NCBI GenBank assembly: GCA_017609085.1 | Contig: JAFCEO010000001.1 | Span: 1-62,953, forward strand | Length of the DNA stretch: 62,953 nt | Source of the DNA: Candidatus Pacearchaeota archaeon | Lineage (GTDB): Archaea; Nanobdellota; Nanobdellia; Pacearchaeales; GW2011-AR1 | Direction of reading: 5' to 3' | Shown: positions 9,280 through 18,168 of the stretch, one piece after another | Layout: each line of letters starts with the position of its first letter | Numbering within the stretch: position 1 is the stretch's first letter | Made by a program: the position numbers and the translations under genes | Notes under the pieces: generated by a model | Told to the model about the DNA's origin: nothing | The model's input: only the letters and a program-made list of their open reading frames with translations | Databases searched by the model: none

Positions 9280-10449
9280 TTAAGGTTTCAATCCTTTATC
9301 AACTCTTGGAAATTGAGAGGCACTCCAAATAAACGGCATTTCAAATAGTCCTTGAAGCAACCTTTCCCATCCCAACCCAAATCCAGAAGTTTCAACATAA
9401 TTTGGTGATCTCCTAGTTTGGAGATAAGGCCCATAATCTTCCTTAGGAAGATTAAAAATTCTTGCTTTTTCTTCAAGTTCAGAAATAGAACGTACACGAT
9501 GGCCGCTACCAATAATTTCTCTATATCCCGGCCAAATAAAATCTGTATTATCAGCAACCAAGGAACGTTTTTCTTTACCATCTTCTATCCATCTTTCTTC
9601 TACCCCATCAACACATGCATGATAAAATGGCACTTCTAGTAATGGAAAACATCCTATAGCAACCATACTGCCAAATATATGTGTTAACCTAACTTCTTCC
9701 CATTGTCCAAAATTTTTCATTGTAAATCTCTTATACTTATCTTGTTTAGTATCCTCATAGAGCGTATCCAGCGCTTCTCTAAATGTAATTTTTGGAATGT
9801 TTTTGATGTCAGAAGCAAATTCTTCAAGTTCTTTTACCCTATCTTTAGAAAGAAAAAATGCAATATCTTCTTCATTGTAGGTAAGCAAATCTGTGATAAT
9901 CTTTCCTACCAATCCTAAAGCTATTTTTTCGTTTGTAGGCTGATCTATTTTTCCTTCGTATTCGATATGGTGAAACTCAGAAAGATGAGTCGCATCCGCT
10001 TTTTCTTTTCTGAATGAATTATATATGGAATAGACTTGATCAACACCTTGCTGTATTAGTGCAAGCTCCAAATAAATTTGAGACGATTCCGATAAAAAAA
10101 CAGGTTTTTCTTCTTCAAACCATGTAAGCGTGATTGGGCATGTATCTGAAGTATAGTCTATCGCTTCCTTGCCATATACTGCTCCAGGAGAAGAAATCAT
10201 TCTGGTAGTCAGAGGTAAAGCTGTAAAGAGAGCACCCATATAGTCAAAATAGTCATTAGTGCTTTTATTTATCCGATGATTAATTCTAGCAATATGTGTC
10301 CACATTTCACTGGAATAAAAGTGGGCAATTCTGTTCCTAAATTCTTCTAATGGAATCTTTACAGAAGTAACATCTTTTATCGGTTTGAATATTTTGTTTC
10401 CTTTGTAGGAAATTGTTCCATTCATATTTGCACTGTATGGTCCTAGCAT
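9280..10449 (-). CDS. AsnRS/asparagine synthetase A-like class IIb catalytic domain lacking the OB-fold anticodon-binding domain
   Basis: FLSESSQIYLE, motif 2 SFRKEKADATHLSEFHHIEYE, EIIGSGHR, motif 3 SGFGLGWERLL, FPR; start could be 10473, 10449 or 10425. Confidence 0.88.
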   Translation of the reverse strand: MLGPYSANMNGTISYKGNKIFKPIKDVTSVKIPLEEFRNRIAHFYSSEMWTHIARINHRINKSTNDYFDYMGALFTALPLTTRMISSPGAVYGKEAIDYTSDTCPITLTWFEEEKPVFLSESSQIYLELALIQQGVDQVYSIYNSFRKEKADATHLSEFHHIEYEGKIDQPTNEKIALGLVGKIITDLLTYNEEDIAFFLSKDRVKELEEFASDIKNIPKITFREALDTLYEDTKQDKYKRFTMKNFGQWEEVRLTHIFGSMVAIGCFPLLEVPFYHACVDGVEERWIEDGKEKRSLVADNTDFIWPGYREIIGSGHRVRSISELEEKARIFNLPKEDYGPYLQTRRSPNYVETSGFGLGWERLLQGLFEMPFIWSASQFPRVDKGLKP

Positions 10450-10476
10450 TTTAACTAATAAAACCAAACCCATTTA

Positions 10477-10580
10477 TAAAGTATTTTGAAATATATCCAT
10501 TTCCTGTTCCAATATCTAATATTTTTTTATTTTGGGAAATCATTCCCACATATTCTAAAAAATCTTCATGTATTTGGTAA
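10477..10580 (-). pseudogene. Short fragment of a class I SAM methyltransferase
   Basis: Minus-strand translation ILDIGTGNGYISKYF (motif I) with no start or C-terminus. Confidence 0.55.
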
Positions 10581-10581
10581 A

Positions 10582-11300
10582 TTCTCCATTAGACAATTGG
10601 ATCGAATCACCATCTAGAACATGTGAAACAGTTAATGTAATGGTTTGTGGTTCTGAATTACATGCACCATCAGAGCAACCATATGGGCATATTTATAGGT
10701 TTCTATGTGAGAACCCGAAGAGTCACAATAATATTCAGCTAAATAATTTTCATACCCTTCATATTCATAACATCTATCATAACCTTTCCCTTCAGAACCA
10801 TAATCTATATACCCTTTTGTATAATAATCTTTTCCACCATCTGAATCATAACAATCTTTACATTTACTATTCTCACAGCCATAAGCACAATGCCAATAAC
10901 GAATCCAAGTAGAACTACAATCTGAATACTGATATTTTTGTTGGATATTATTTCCAGAACATCTATATTCATTTACATATCCAGATTTACAAGAGGATGA
11001 AATTGATTGTTGTATTTCTTCTTGTTGCTGTGATTCATCCTGCTGTTCCTGATATTTCTGCTCTTGTTGATGTCTTAGTCCTTCTTCATATTGTCTTTGC
11101 TGTTCTTCTTGTATCTGTTGGTAATAGTCTTCTTCTTGCTGTCTTTGTAATTCTTCATTATAATTGTCAATTACTTTTCCAGTTATGTCATCATGCATAG
11201 AGTGACGAATTATAGAATGACGAACAGCACTTGTCATAATTAATATAAACATAATTATGAAAATCCAAATCCACCAACTACTTCCTTTCTTATTCATCAT
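10582..11300 (-). pseudogene. Membrane-anchored Gln/Cys-rich surface protein with a truncated thermonuclease-like domain
   Basis: N-terminal TM, Q/E-rich stalk, Cys repeats (CAYGCENSKC, CYDSDGGKDYYTKG); frameshift near 10690 continues CPYGCSDGAC..TLTVSHVLDGDSIQLSNGE, then breaks off. Confidence 0.65.
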
Positions 11301-11435
11301 ATTTGAAGTAATATTATAAAACTTAGTCCTTCAGATATTTTGTCTGCTTCGCAGGATAATATTAAAAGCAACCCTTCCTTATTTTATTAAATTTCGGCGC
11401 TTCCCGCCATCCTAGAGTTCGTTTTAATTACGCCT

Positions 11436-11459
11436 AACTCCCGTTAACTTAACAATACA
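11436..11459 (-). repeat. Right terminal inverted repeat
   Basis: AACTCCCGTTAACTTAACAATACA, reverse complement matches the left TIR at 21/24. Confidence 0.85.
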
Positions 11460-11468
11460 GATTTTTGA
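11460..11468 (+). repeat. Right copy of 9-bp target-site duplication GATTTTTGA
   Basis: Identical to 3386-3394. Confidence 0.85.
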
Positions 11469-11503
11469 ATAAATATTTTAAACCCTCTTTCTTTTTTAAA
11501 TTT

Positions 11504-12268
11504 ATGGCAAACTATGATATAATTGGAAGCATAGCCATATTAAAATTTAATAGGGAAAAGAAAAAAGAAAAGTTAAAACAAGCAAAACAGCTTTTAAAGA
11601 GAAAAAACATTAAAACAGTTTTAGAAAAAGCAGAAAGGGTTAAAGGAAGACTTCGAACTTTTAAGACGAAATTTTTAGCTGGCGAAAAAACAAGAGAAAC
11701 AGTACATAAAGAAAATAATTGTCTTTTTAAATTAAATGTCGAAACCTGTTATTTTTCTCCAAGATTAAGTGAGGAAAGAAAAGAGATAGCATCTTTTGTG
11801 AAAAAAAAAGACGCAGTACTTGTTTTATTTTCTGGTGTTGCCCCTTTTCCGATTGTTATTGCTAAACTGGCTAAGCCAAAAAAAATTGTCGCTATTGAAC
11901 TGTCCAGAGAATGTAATAAATATGCTAAGGGGAATGTTAAATTAAATAAATTGGATAATGTAGAGATAATTCAAGGAGATGTTAAGAAAAAGGTCACAAA
12001 AGAACTTGGAAAATTTGATGTTATTGTTATGCCCCGTCCGAACTTAAAAGAAACTTTTTTGAAAGAAGCATTTTCTGTTTCAAAAAAAGGAACAAGAATC
12101 TACTATTACTGTTTTTGCAAAGAAAATAAACTCAACAAACTAGTTGAAGAAGTTTATAAGGAAAGTAAAAATTCAAGAAAAAAAATTAAAATTTTAAATA
12201 TAAAAAAAGCAGGAGATATTGCACCTTATAAGTATAGGTATAGAATTGATATCAAAGTTTTAAATTAA
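11504..12268 (+). CDS. Trm5/Taw2-family tRNA methyltransferase
   Basis: YDIIGSIAI, HKENNCLFKLNVETCYFSPRLSEER, LFSGVAPF, MPRP; ATG at 11504. Confidence 0.88.
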   Translation: MANYDIIGSIAILKFNREKKKEKLKQAKQLLKRKNIKTVLEKAERVKGRLRTFKTKFLAGEKTRETVHKENNCLFKLNVETCYFSPRLSEERKEIASFVKKKDAVLVLFSGVAPFPIVIAKLAKPKKIVAIELSRECNKYAKGNVKLNKLDNVEIIQGDVKKKVTKELGKFDVIVMPRPNLKETFLKEAFSVSKKGTRIYYYCFCKENKLNKLVEEVYKESKNSRKKIKILNIKKAGDIAPYKYRYRIDIKVLN

Positions 12269-12636
12269 TAAACTAATCCCGCAAAATAATTCTGCTCAGC
12301 CATAGCGGTTTCTCCTATTAACTCTGGGATATAATCTTTATTCCCCTTAACGTATTCCACTAAATCTTTAAATGTGAAATTTTTTCTCAAGGCATAATCT
12401 GGATTACCAATTGAAGGAACTCCGAAATTCATAAGAATTCTTCTTAATGATATTGGCTTTATCTTTACTTCTTGATAGTCTTTTTCTATCTTGATTCCTC
12501 TTTTAGATAATTCTCTCTTTAATAAACTCTCAATTGTTTTCCCATTCATGTTTGTCGTATTAATCCTTAAATTAGTTTTATGTCTGCTGTATTTCATTTT
12601 TCCCTGAACTTTTATTAAATTTTCAAATGGTATCAA
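12265..12636 (-). CDS. Hypothetical protein
   Basis: Open frame fills the gap between neighbours; start uncertain. Confidence 0.5.
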   Translation of the reverse strand: MIPFENLIKVQGKMKYSRHKTNLRINTTNMNGKTIESLLKRELSKRGIKIEKDYQEVKIKPISLRRILMNFGVPSIGNPDYALRKNFTFKDLVEYVKGNKDYIPELIGETAMAEQNYFAGLVY

Positions 12637-12711
12637 GAGATTTTTATTTTGTTCTAAAAGTATTAAATTTATTATATAAATGTTTTTAAATTTAACGTTT
12701 TATTTTTAAAA

Positions 12712-13830
12712 ATGGATGCTCCAAATGATAAAATGAAAGAAGGAAAGATTTCTAAAGTTTCAGAGGCAGTTTCTAAAACTGTTTCTAAGACTGTCGAATC
12801 CTTTTCAGAAGCAGTCTCGACTATTTCTAGAAAATCAAAACAGATTCATCCAGAACTCGAGGAAATTATATCAGGCGTTTTCTCTTATATCCGAAATAGA
12901 GCAGAAAAAAAAGAAAATATTTTAAATATCGATGAGGAAGATTATAAATTTTTTGAAGGAAGAATTTCTTCTATTGATAACAAGTTAATAGTTTCAAAAA
13001 GAAACCTTTTGGAGTGGGCTTTTCTTGTTCATGATTGGAACAGACAGCATATTTTTGAAGGTTATGCTAAAGAAGCAGGATTTATAACAACACCTGTTCA
13101 CGGAACTCTTATAGCAGCTCACGCTGAACAATACGTCTTGTCATATTTAAATGAAATTAACAGTTTAATTGACAGATTAAATGAAAAGAATGGACTTAGA
13201 GGGGAAAAAGCAATTGAGAAACTCTCCTACTCCAGACACAAAATCAGATTTGTAAATCCTTTATACTTGAAAAGAAGAAATGCAAAAGCAAACTGGAATC
13301 TCGATAGCATTACTGTAAAAGAAAATGGTCTTGAGTTGGGTTTTTATGGAACTGGTTTAAAAGAAAAAGAGGTTATTGTTGAATGCCCAAAAGTCAGTTT
13401 TAATATAGAAAGAAAATCTGATGTAGAAATGCTTCCTTTTTATAGGGATTATGTTAGAAAAAGCTATTTAGAAATAAAAGAAGGGGAAAGAGAAACCTTT
13501 TATAGATGTTTAGGTAAAAAATCTGGGAAACAAGTTTATTTTATGCATGTTTCTGCTTTCAGTATAGCTAGTTTGTTAGATTTATCTTCTGAAAGAACAG
13601 GAAGACCAGAGGGAACTTATGCAAGCGCCAATTTTGAATTTCACAATCTTCCTAACCCAGGGATATTTGAGGTTGTTATAAAAAAACCTCAATCTCCGAG
13701 AGAAGTAGAAGATAAAAACGGCAAAAATTGGTACGCTTATATATTTAAATCTCTCTGTGTTCAAAAAAATACGCCAATTTTAACTGGAAGAGTTGTTTGT
13801 TATTCTCCTTATAAATTTAATTTTCGTTAA
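12712..13830 (+). CDS. MaoC-like hotdog-fold protein (possibly double hotdog)
   Basis: HDWNRQHIFEGYAKEAGFITTPVHGTL resembles the hydratase-2 motif GDxNPxH..YA..GF...HG. Confidence 0.6.
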   Translation: MDAPNDKMKEGKISKVSEAVSKTVSKTVESFSEAVSTISRKSKQIHPELEEIISGVFSYIRNRAEKKENILNIDEEDYKFFEGRISSIDNKLIVSKRNLLEWAFLVHDWNRQHIFEGYAKEAGFITTPVHGTLIAAHAEQYVLSYLNEINSLIDRLNEKNGLRGEKAIEKLSYSRHKIRFVNPLYLKRRNAKANWNLDSITVKENGLELGFYGTGLKEKEVIVECPKVSFNIERKSDVEMLPFYRDYVRKSYLEIKEGERETFYRCLGKKSGKQVYFMHVSAFSIASLLDLSSERTGRPEGTYASANFEFHNLPNPGIFEVVIKKPQSPREVEDKNGKNWYAYIFKSLCVQKNTPILTGRVVCYSPYKFNFR

Positions 13831-15116
13831 ATTTTCTCTTCTTCTCTTTTAATTGCTATCGGAGACTCTCCGCCATGCCAGGTGAACCTTGGTCTTATTC
13901 TTATAGGATAAATCCTCTCACTGTTGTCGTCCAGAATTATAGCAGAACCTTTTAGGTTGGGCAATTCATCCAAATATTTTCTTATACTTTCGAGAAGATA
14001 TGTTTGCATTATATTATTTAATGCTGTTATGTCCGGCTGAGCCGTTACTCTGTGACTTATAATAATATCAGATTGTGTCATCACATCTTTATGAATGGCT
14101 CCGGGTTGTTGTGTTGCTAAAACAAGGGAGATGCCTGGCTGTCTTCCTTCTCTCAAAAGTTGTATTAAAGAGTCGGTAGCAGGAGTTTTCTCATTTTGAG
14201 GTAAAAACTCATGAGCTTCGTCAAGAAAAAGCCAAATCAAAGGCATTTCTTTTTTTTCGCTTCTTCCTTGTAAGGATAAAATCTCCTCTTTTTTCCTAGC
14301 AGCAATTCTTTCTACAAAAAGTTTTCTTGAAATTAAACCGATAACCAAGGCACGGACATTGAAAGTCGAAATAGAAGAATAACAGCTTAAATCAAGAATA
14401 GTAGTTTTTCCAGCTTTTATTAACTCACTTACTTCAACAGTTTCTTTTTCTGAAAAAATTCCCCATGTAGAAGCAGCTTCAAATAAGGCAGATGCAGCTT
14501 TTTTTATTTCTTCTTTTTCTTCTGAATTTTCAATTTTTTCAAGAATGTCTCTAATTGAGAAATCTTTTTCCTGCTCTTTTAAATCTGCTATAACTTTTTC
14601 AATTAATATCGATATAGGATCTATCATGTTTAAGTTAAAAGTTAAAAGCCAATCTTCTATTTCCAGTTCAGAGGCTTTAAGAGCAAATCCTTTATCCACT
14701 GGAATCTGGTTCTTTTCGTACTCTGAAAATCTTCCAAAAGGAACAAATATTCTTACAGGGAGATTTTTTGGTTTTAGTTTCCATTCTGAAAGTAAGGATT
14801 TTTCTTTTTCATTTTTATATTTCATTGTCCAAAAAATTCCCATTGTATCAAAAATAAGGGAACCAATATTATTCTTAACTTCTTCTGGTAAATCTGCTAA
14901 TTCTTCAGCTATAACTCCTATACTATACGACTTTCCAGAACCTCTTTTTCCAGCTATGAGGATAACATGACTCCTTACAACATCAAGCCAGATCAAATTA
15001 GAGAGAGAAGTATAGTTACCCATTCTGACATATCCCTTACCTAAATAAATAAGTCCTTTTTCCTTAAATCTTTTTTTATCCGCTTCATCTCTTCCTATAA
15101 TTATGTCATAAGGCAT
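13827..15116 (-). CDS. HerA/FtsK-superfamily ATPase (DUF87)
   Basis: Walker A GKRGSGKS, Walker B LFLDEAH, REGRQPGISLVLATQQP. Confidence 0.88.
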   Translation of the reverse strand: MPYDIIIGRDEADKKRFKEKGLIYLGKGYVRMGNYTSLSNLIWLDVVRSHVILIAGKRGSGKSYSIGVIAEELADLPEEVKNNIGSLIFDTMGIFWTMKYKNEKEKSLLSEWKLKPKNLPVRIFVPFGRFSEYEKNQIPVDKGFALKASELEIEDWLLTFNLNMIDPISILIEKVIADLKEQEKDFSIRDILEKIENSEEKEEIKKAASALFEAASTWGIFSEKETVEVSELIKAGKTTILDLSCYSSISTFNVRALVIGLISRKLFVERIAARKKEEILSLQGRSEKKEMPLIWLFLDEAHEFLPQNEKTPATDSLIQLLREGRQPGISLVLATQQPGAIHKDVMTQSDIIISHRVTAQPDITALNNIMQTYLLESIRKYLDELPNLKGSAIILDDNSERIYPIRIRPRFTWHGGESPIAIKREEEKI

Positions 15117-15237
15117 ATTTAAAATAAGTCAAAGACATTTTTAAACTCTTTTGTGACAACCTCCTATATAAACAGAAACTTAAATAATCTTTCTCAATTA
15201 ATTTACATTTATTTAACTTAAAAGATGTTATGAGAAA

Positions 15238-15311
15238 AGCCTCAGGCAGGATTTGCACCTGCGACCTTCTCATTACGAGTGAGATGCTCTAACTAACTGA
15301 GCTACTGAGGC
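15238..15311 (-). tRNA. tRNA-Thr(CGT)
   Basis: GCCTCAG/CTGAGGC acceptor stem, TCTCA-CT CGT AA-TGAGA anticodon arm, T-loop TGCAAAT; no encoded CCA. Confidence 0.93.
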
Positions 15312-15314
15312 ATA

Positions 15315-15482
15315 TTAAACAGATTTTATTTTTGCTTTTTCTAACCAGTCTTTCTCCTTTTGACACTCTGAACACACATAAATAAATTTGTTCTTATTCT
15401 CCTCTTTAACTTTAACTATTGTTCCTTTTAGTTTTCCATATTCTTCTTCAATTGGAGATTCACAGATAATGCACTTTGCCAT
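15315..15482 (-). CDS. 55-aa CxxC...CxxC zinc-finger microprotein (not in ORF track)
   Basis: MAKCIICESPIEEEYGKLKGTIVKVKEENKNKFIYVCSECQKEKDWLEKAKIKSV; TATA-like TTTATAAA about 20-28 nt upstream. Confidence 0.75.
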   Translation of the reverse strand: MAKCIICESPIEEEYGKLKGTIVKVKEENKNKFIYVCSECQKEKDWLEKAKIKSV

Positions 15483-15531
15483 ATAAGAATATCGTGAGAA
15501 GTTTTATAAATATATTCTTCTTTTTTTCTTT

Positions 15532-17232
15532 ATGCCTTTAAAAAACGATTTTTTTGATATTAAAGAAAACATTGCGTCACTCCTTTCGGAACATATCTCT
15601 TTAGAGAAGGGGGAAATTAAAAATTTAATAGAGGTTCCTCCCAGTCAAGATTTTGGAGACTATGCGTTTCCTTGTTTTATTCTGAGTAAAATTTTAAAAA
15701 AATCTCCAAAGGAAATCGCTGAAATTCTTGCTTCTAAAATCAAATCAAGTAAGAACATTGAAAAAATTGAAGCAAAAGGTCCTTATGTCAATTTCTTTAT
15801 TAATAGGAAGTTAATGGCAGAAGAGATTTTAAAAATCAATGAGAATTACGGAAGAAAAAAGAAGAAAAAAGAAAAAATTATGGTCGAATTCTCTCAGGCA
15901 AATACACATAAAGCATTTCACATCGGGCACCTTAGGGGAACAAGTTTGGGGGAAAGTATAGCAAGAATTTTGGAATTTTTAGGAAACAAAGTCATTAGAG
16001 TTAATTATCAAGGAGATACTGGAATGCATGTGGCGAAATGGTTGTGGTGTTATTTAAAATATCATAAAAAAGAAAAATTAAAAGAGGATGAGAGATGGAT
16101 AGCCAATATATATGTAGATGCTGTGAGGAGATTGGAAAACGACAAAACAGAAAAACTTCAAAAAGAAGTAGAAGAAATTAATAGAAAACTCGAAAAAAAA
16201 GAAGATAAAGAATTGAATAAATTGTGGGAATGTACACGAAAAATCTCTCTCAAAATGTTTGAAAGAATATATAAAGAACTCGATACCAAATTTGACAAAT
16301 ATTTTTTTGAAAGAGAAGTTGAAAAGAGAGGAAAAGAAATCGCAAAAGAACTTTTAAAGAAGAAAATAGCAAAGATTTCAGAGGGAGCAGAAATTGTAGA
16401 TTTGAAAAAATTCGGACTCGGCGTTTGGATTTTGTTGAGAAAAGATGGTACTGTTCTTTATTCTGCCAAAGATTTAGCGTTAGCAGAAAAAAAATTTACT
16501 GATTTCAAAATTGATAAAAGCATTTATGTTGTTGGAGCAGCTCAAAAACTTCATTTTGAACAGCTTATGAAAACACTCGAAATTATGAAATTCAAAAACT
16601 TAAAGAATATTAAAATTATTCATTTTCAAGAAGTCAGGTTCCCCCATGGCAAAATGTCTTCAAGAACAGGCGAGAATATACTTTATTCAGATTTCAAATC
16701 AGAGTTGATTGATTACGCGAAACAAGAAATTAAAAAGAGACACCCAAATATATTCAAGCCAATTCTTGAAAAAAGAGCGTTAGATATTTTTATATCGGCT
16801 ATAAAATATTCGATGTTAAAACAAGATCCAAATAAAAATATTATTTTTATCAAGGAGGAGGCTTTTAATTTTGAAGGGAATACAGGGCCTTACTTGTTAT
16901 ATAGTTACGCAAGAGCATCTTCCATATTAAAAAAGGCAAAAAAAGTAAAGAAGAAAGTAAAATTCTCTAAATTAACGAATCAAGAGATAGCTTTGATTAA
17001 AAAAATATTTCTATTTCCAGAAATTGTTGAAAAAGCAGGACAATCATTGAACCCAAGTTTAATTGCTAATTACAGTCATGAACTTGCACAATTGTTTAAT
17101 GAATTTTACCATTCCTGTAGAGTTATCGGAGAAAAATCCGAGGAGTTTAGATTAAAACTTGTAGATGCTTTTAGGATCTGCATAAAAAATGCTCTTTATC
17201 TGCTCGGTATTAAAGTTTTAGAAGAGATGTAA
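15532..17232 (+). CDS. argS: Arginine--tRNA ligase
   Basis: GDYAFPCF, VEFSQANTHKAFHIGHLRG, KMSSRTG, GNTGPYLLYSYAR. Confidence 0.97.
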   Translation: MPLKNDFFDIKENIASLLSEHISLEKGEIKNLIEVPPSQDFGDYAFPCFILSKILKKSPKEIAEILASKIKSSKNIEKIEAKGPYVNFFINRKLMAEEILKINENYGRKKKKKEKIMVEFSQANTHKAFHIGHLRGTSLGESIARILEFLGNKVIRVNYQGDTGMHVAKWLWCYLKYHKKEKLKEDERWIANIYVDAVRRLENDKTEKLQKEVEEINRKLEKKEDKELNKLWECTRKISLKMFERIYKELDTKFDKYFFEREVEKRGKEIAKELLKKKIAKISEGAEIVDLKKFGLGVWILLRKDGTVLYSAKDLALAEKKFTDFKIDKSIYVVGAAQKLHFEQLMKTLEIMKFKNLKNIKIIHFQEVRFPHGKMSSRTGENILYSDFKSELIDYAKQEIKKRHPNIFKPILEKRALDIFISAIKYSMLKQDPNKNIIFIKEEAFNFEGNTGPYLLYSYARASSILKKAKKVKKKVKFSKLTNQEIALIKKIFLFPEIVEKAGQSLNPSLIANYSHELAQLFNEFYHSCRVIGEKSEEFRLKLVDAFRICIKNALYLLGIKVLEEM

Positions 17233-17343
17233 GATTCCTAATTAAAAACTTAAAGATACAAAACTCTCTCTTTTTTCGGCCTTTTTCTCGTTAATTACAA
17301 TTTCAAAGCCACTTCTTATTTCTCTTGTTTCTATTTTTTCTTT

Positions 17344-18168
17344 TTACTTCGTTGATTTAATTCTGCTTATAGGGTTCATATTGTTCCAAGATAGCTCAAA
17401 TAACTGCTCCAATGCAGGTGCGAAGAACTCTGTATTTATCCACACTCCCAAGTCATAGTTAGGATGGACCTTTTCATCATCCATCAACATAAATAAAATC
17501 TGTTCTCCATCAACAATCATGAATCTCGCTTTTAATCCATCCATGTTTCTTATTTCTGCAACTTTACTAAAATCTTTAGCAACTTTTAAATTCTGACTAT
17601 TTATTGGAGCTGCTATCCTTATCTTCACTCCTCTTTTCTTTGCTTTTTCTAGAGAAGGCATTAAAACCTCTAGTTTCCTATTTAATCCATCAGCTGTCGT
17701 AACAAGGGTTATTGTTTTTTTTGCCTCCCTTATCATCATATCCAGATGATTATATAAATTCTGTCTTCCTCTTAAACTTCCACTTAAATCTGCTGGTTGA
17801 ACGAACTTAACTCCTTGCGTGAATAAAATATTTAATTCTTTCAAAACATCGTCATCCTTTAAACTTTCTAACCTTTTACTTTTGTTCTGCGCTTCTATCA
17901 TTAGATTTTTCTTTACTCTCTCAATAACTTCTTCAGGCTTTAATGCAACAAATTTAATTGGCTTTCCGAGCTTCATTACAATGAATCCTTTTTTCTCTAA
18001 ACTTTCTAGGATATCATAAGTCCTACTTCTTGGAACATCACTTATATTGCTAAGTTCTCCTGCAGTACTAACGCCACGAGAAAGTAAAGCCGTCCATACT
18101 TTTACTTCATACAGATTCAAATCGAAAATTTTTCTCAATCTGCTTAAAAACTCCTCTTTCACAATCAT
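17344..18168 (-). CDS. TrmB-family transcriptional regulator (TrmBL2-like)
   Basis: LNLYEVKVWTALL, SDVPRSRTYDILESLEKKGF wHTH plus C-terminal PLD-like domain. Confidence 0.92.
   Translation of the reverse strand: MIVKEEFLSRLRKIFDLNLYEVKVWTALLSRGVSTAGELSNISDVPRSRTYDILESLEKKGFIVMKLGKPIKFVALKPEEVIERVKKNLMIEAQNKSKRLESLKDDDVLKELNILFTQGVKFVQPADLSGSLRGRQNLYNHLDMMIREAKKTITLVTTADGLNRKLEVLMPSLEKAKKRGVKIRIAAPINSQNLKVAKDFSKVAEIRNMDGLKARFMIVDGEQILFMLMDDEKVHPNYDLGVWINTEFFAPALEQLFELSWNNMNPISRIKSTK

Larger units (their letters stand above)
3395..11459. mobile_element. 8,065-bp cargo-carrying transposon (decayed DDE transposase, TG...CA ends)
   Basis: TIRs TGCATTGTTAAGTTAGAGGGAGTT and reverse-complement TGTATTGTTAAGTTAACGGGAGTT (21/24 identical); flanking 9-bp direct repeat; internal transposase remnant. 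Confidence 0.85.

Noticed and set aside
9280..10473. Canonical asnS
   Set aside because: No N-terminal OB-fold anticodon-binding domain; lies in mobile cargo
17245..17343. Protein-like in-frame run after the TrmB stop (KEKIETREIRSGFEIVINEKK...)
   Set aside because: No start codon, TrmB already looks full length, and purine-rich DNA gives such frames by chance
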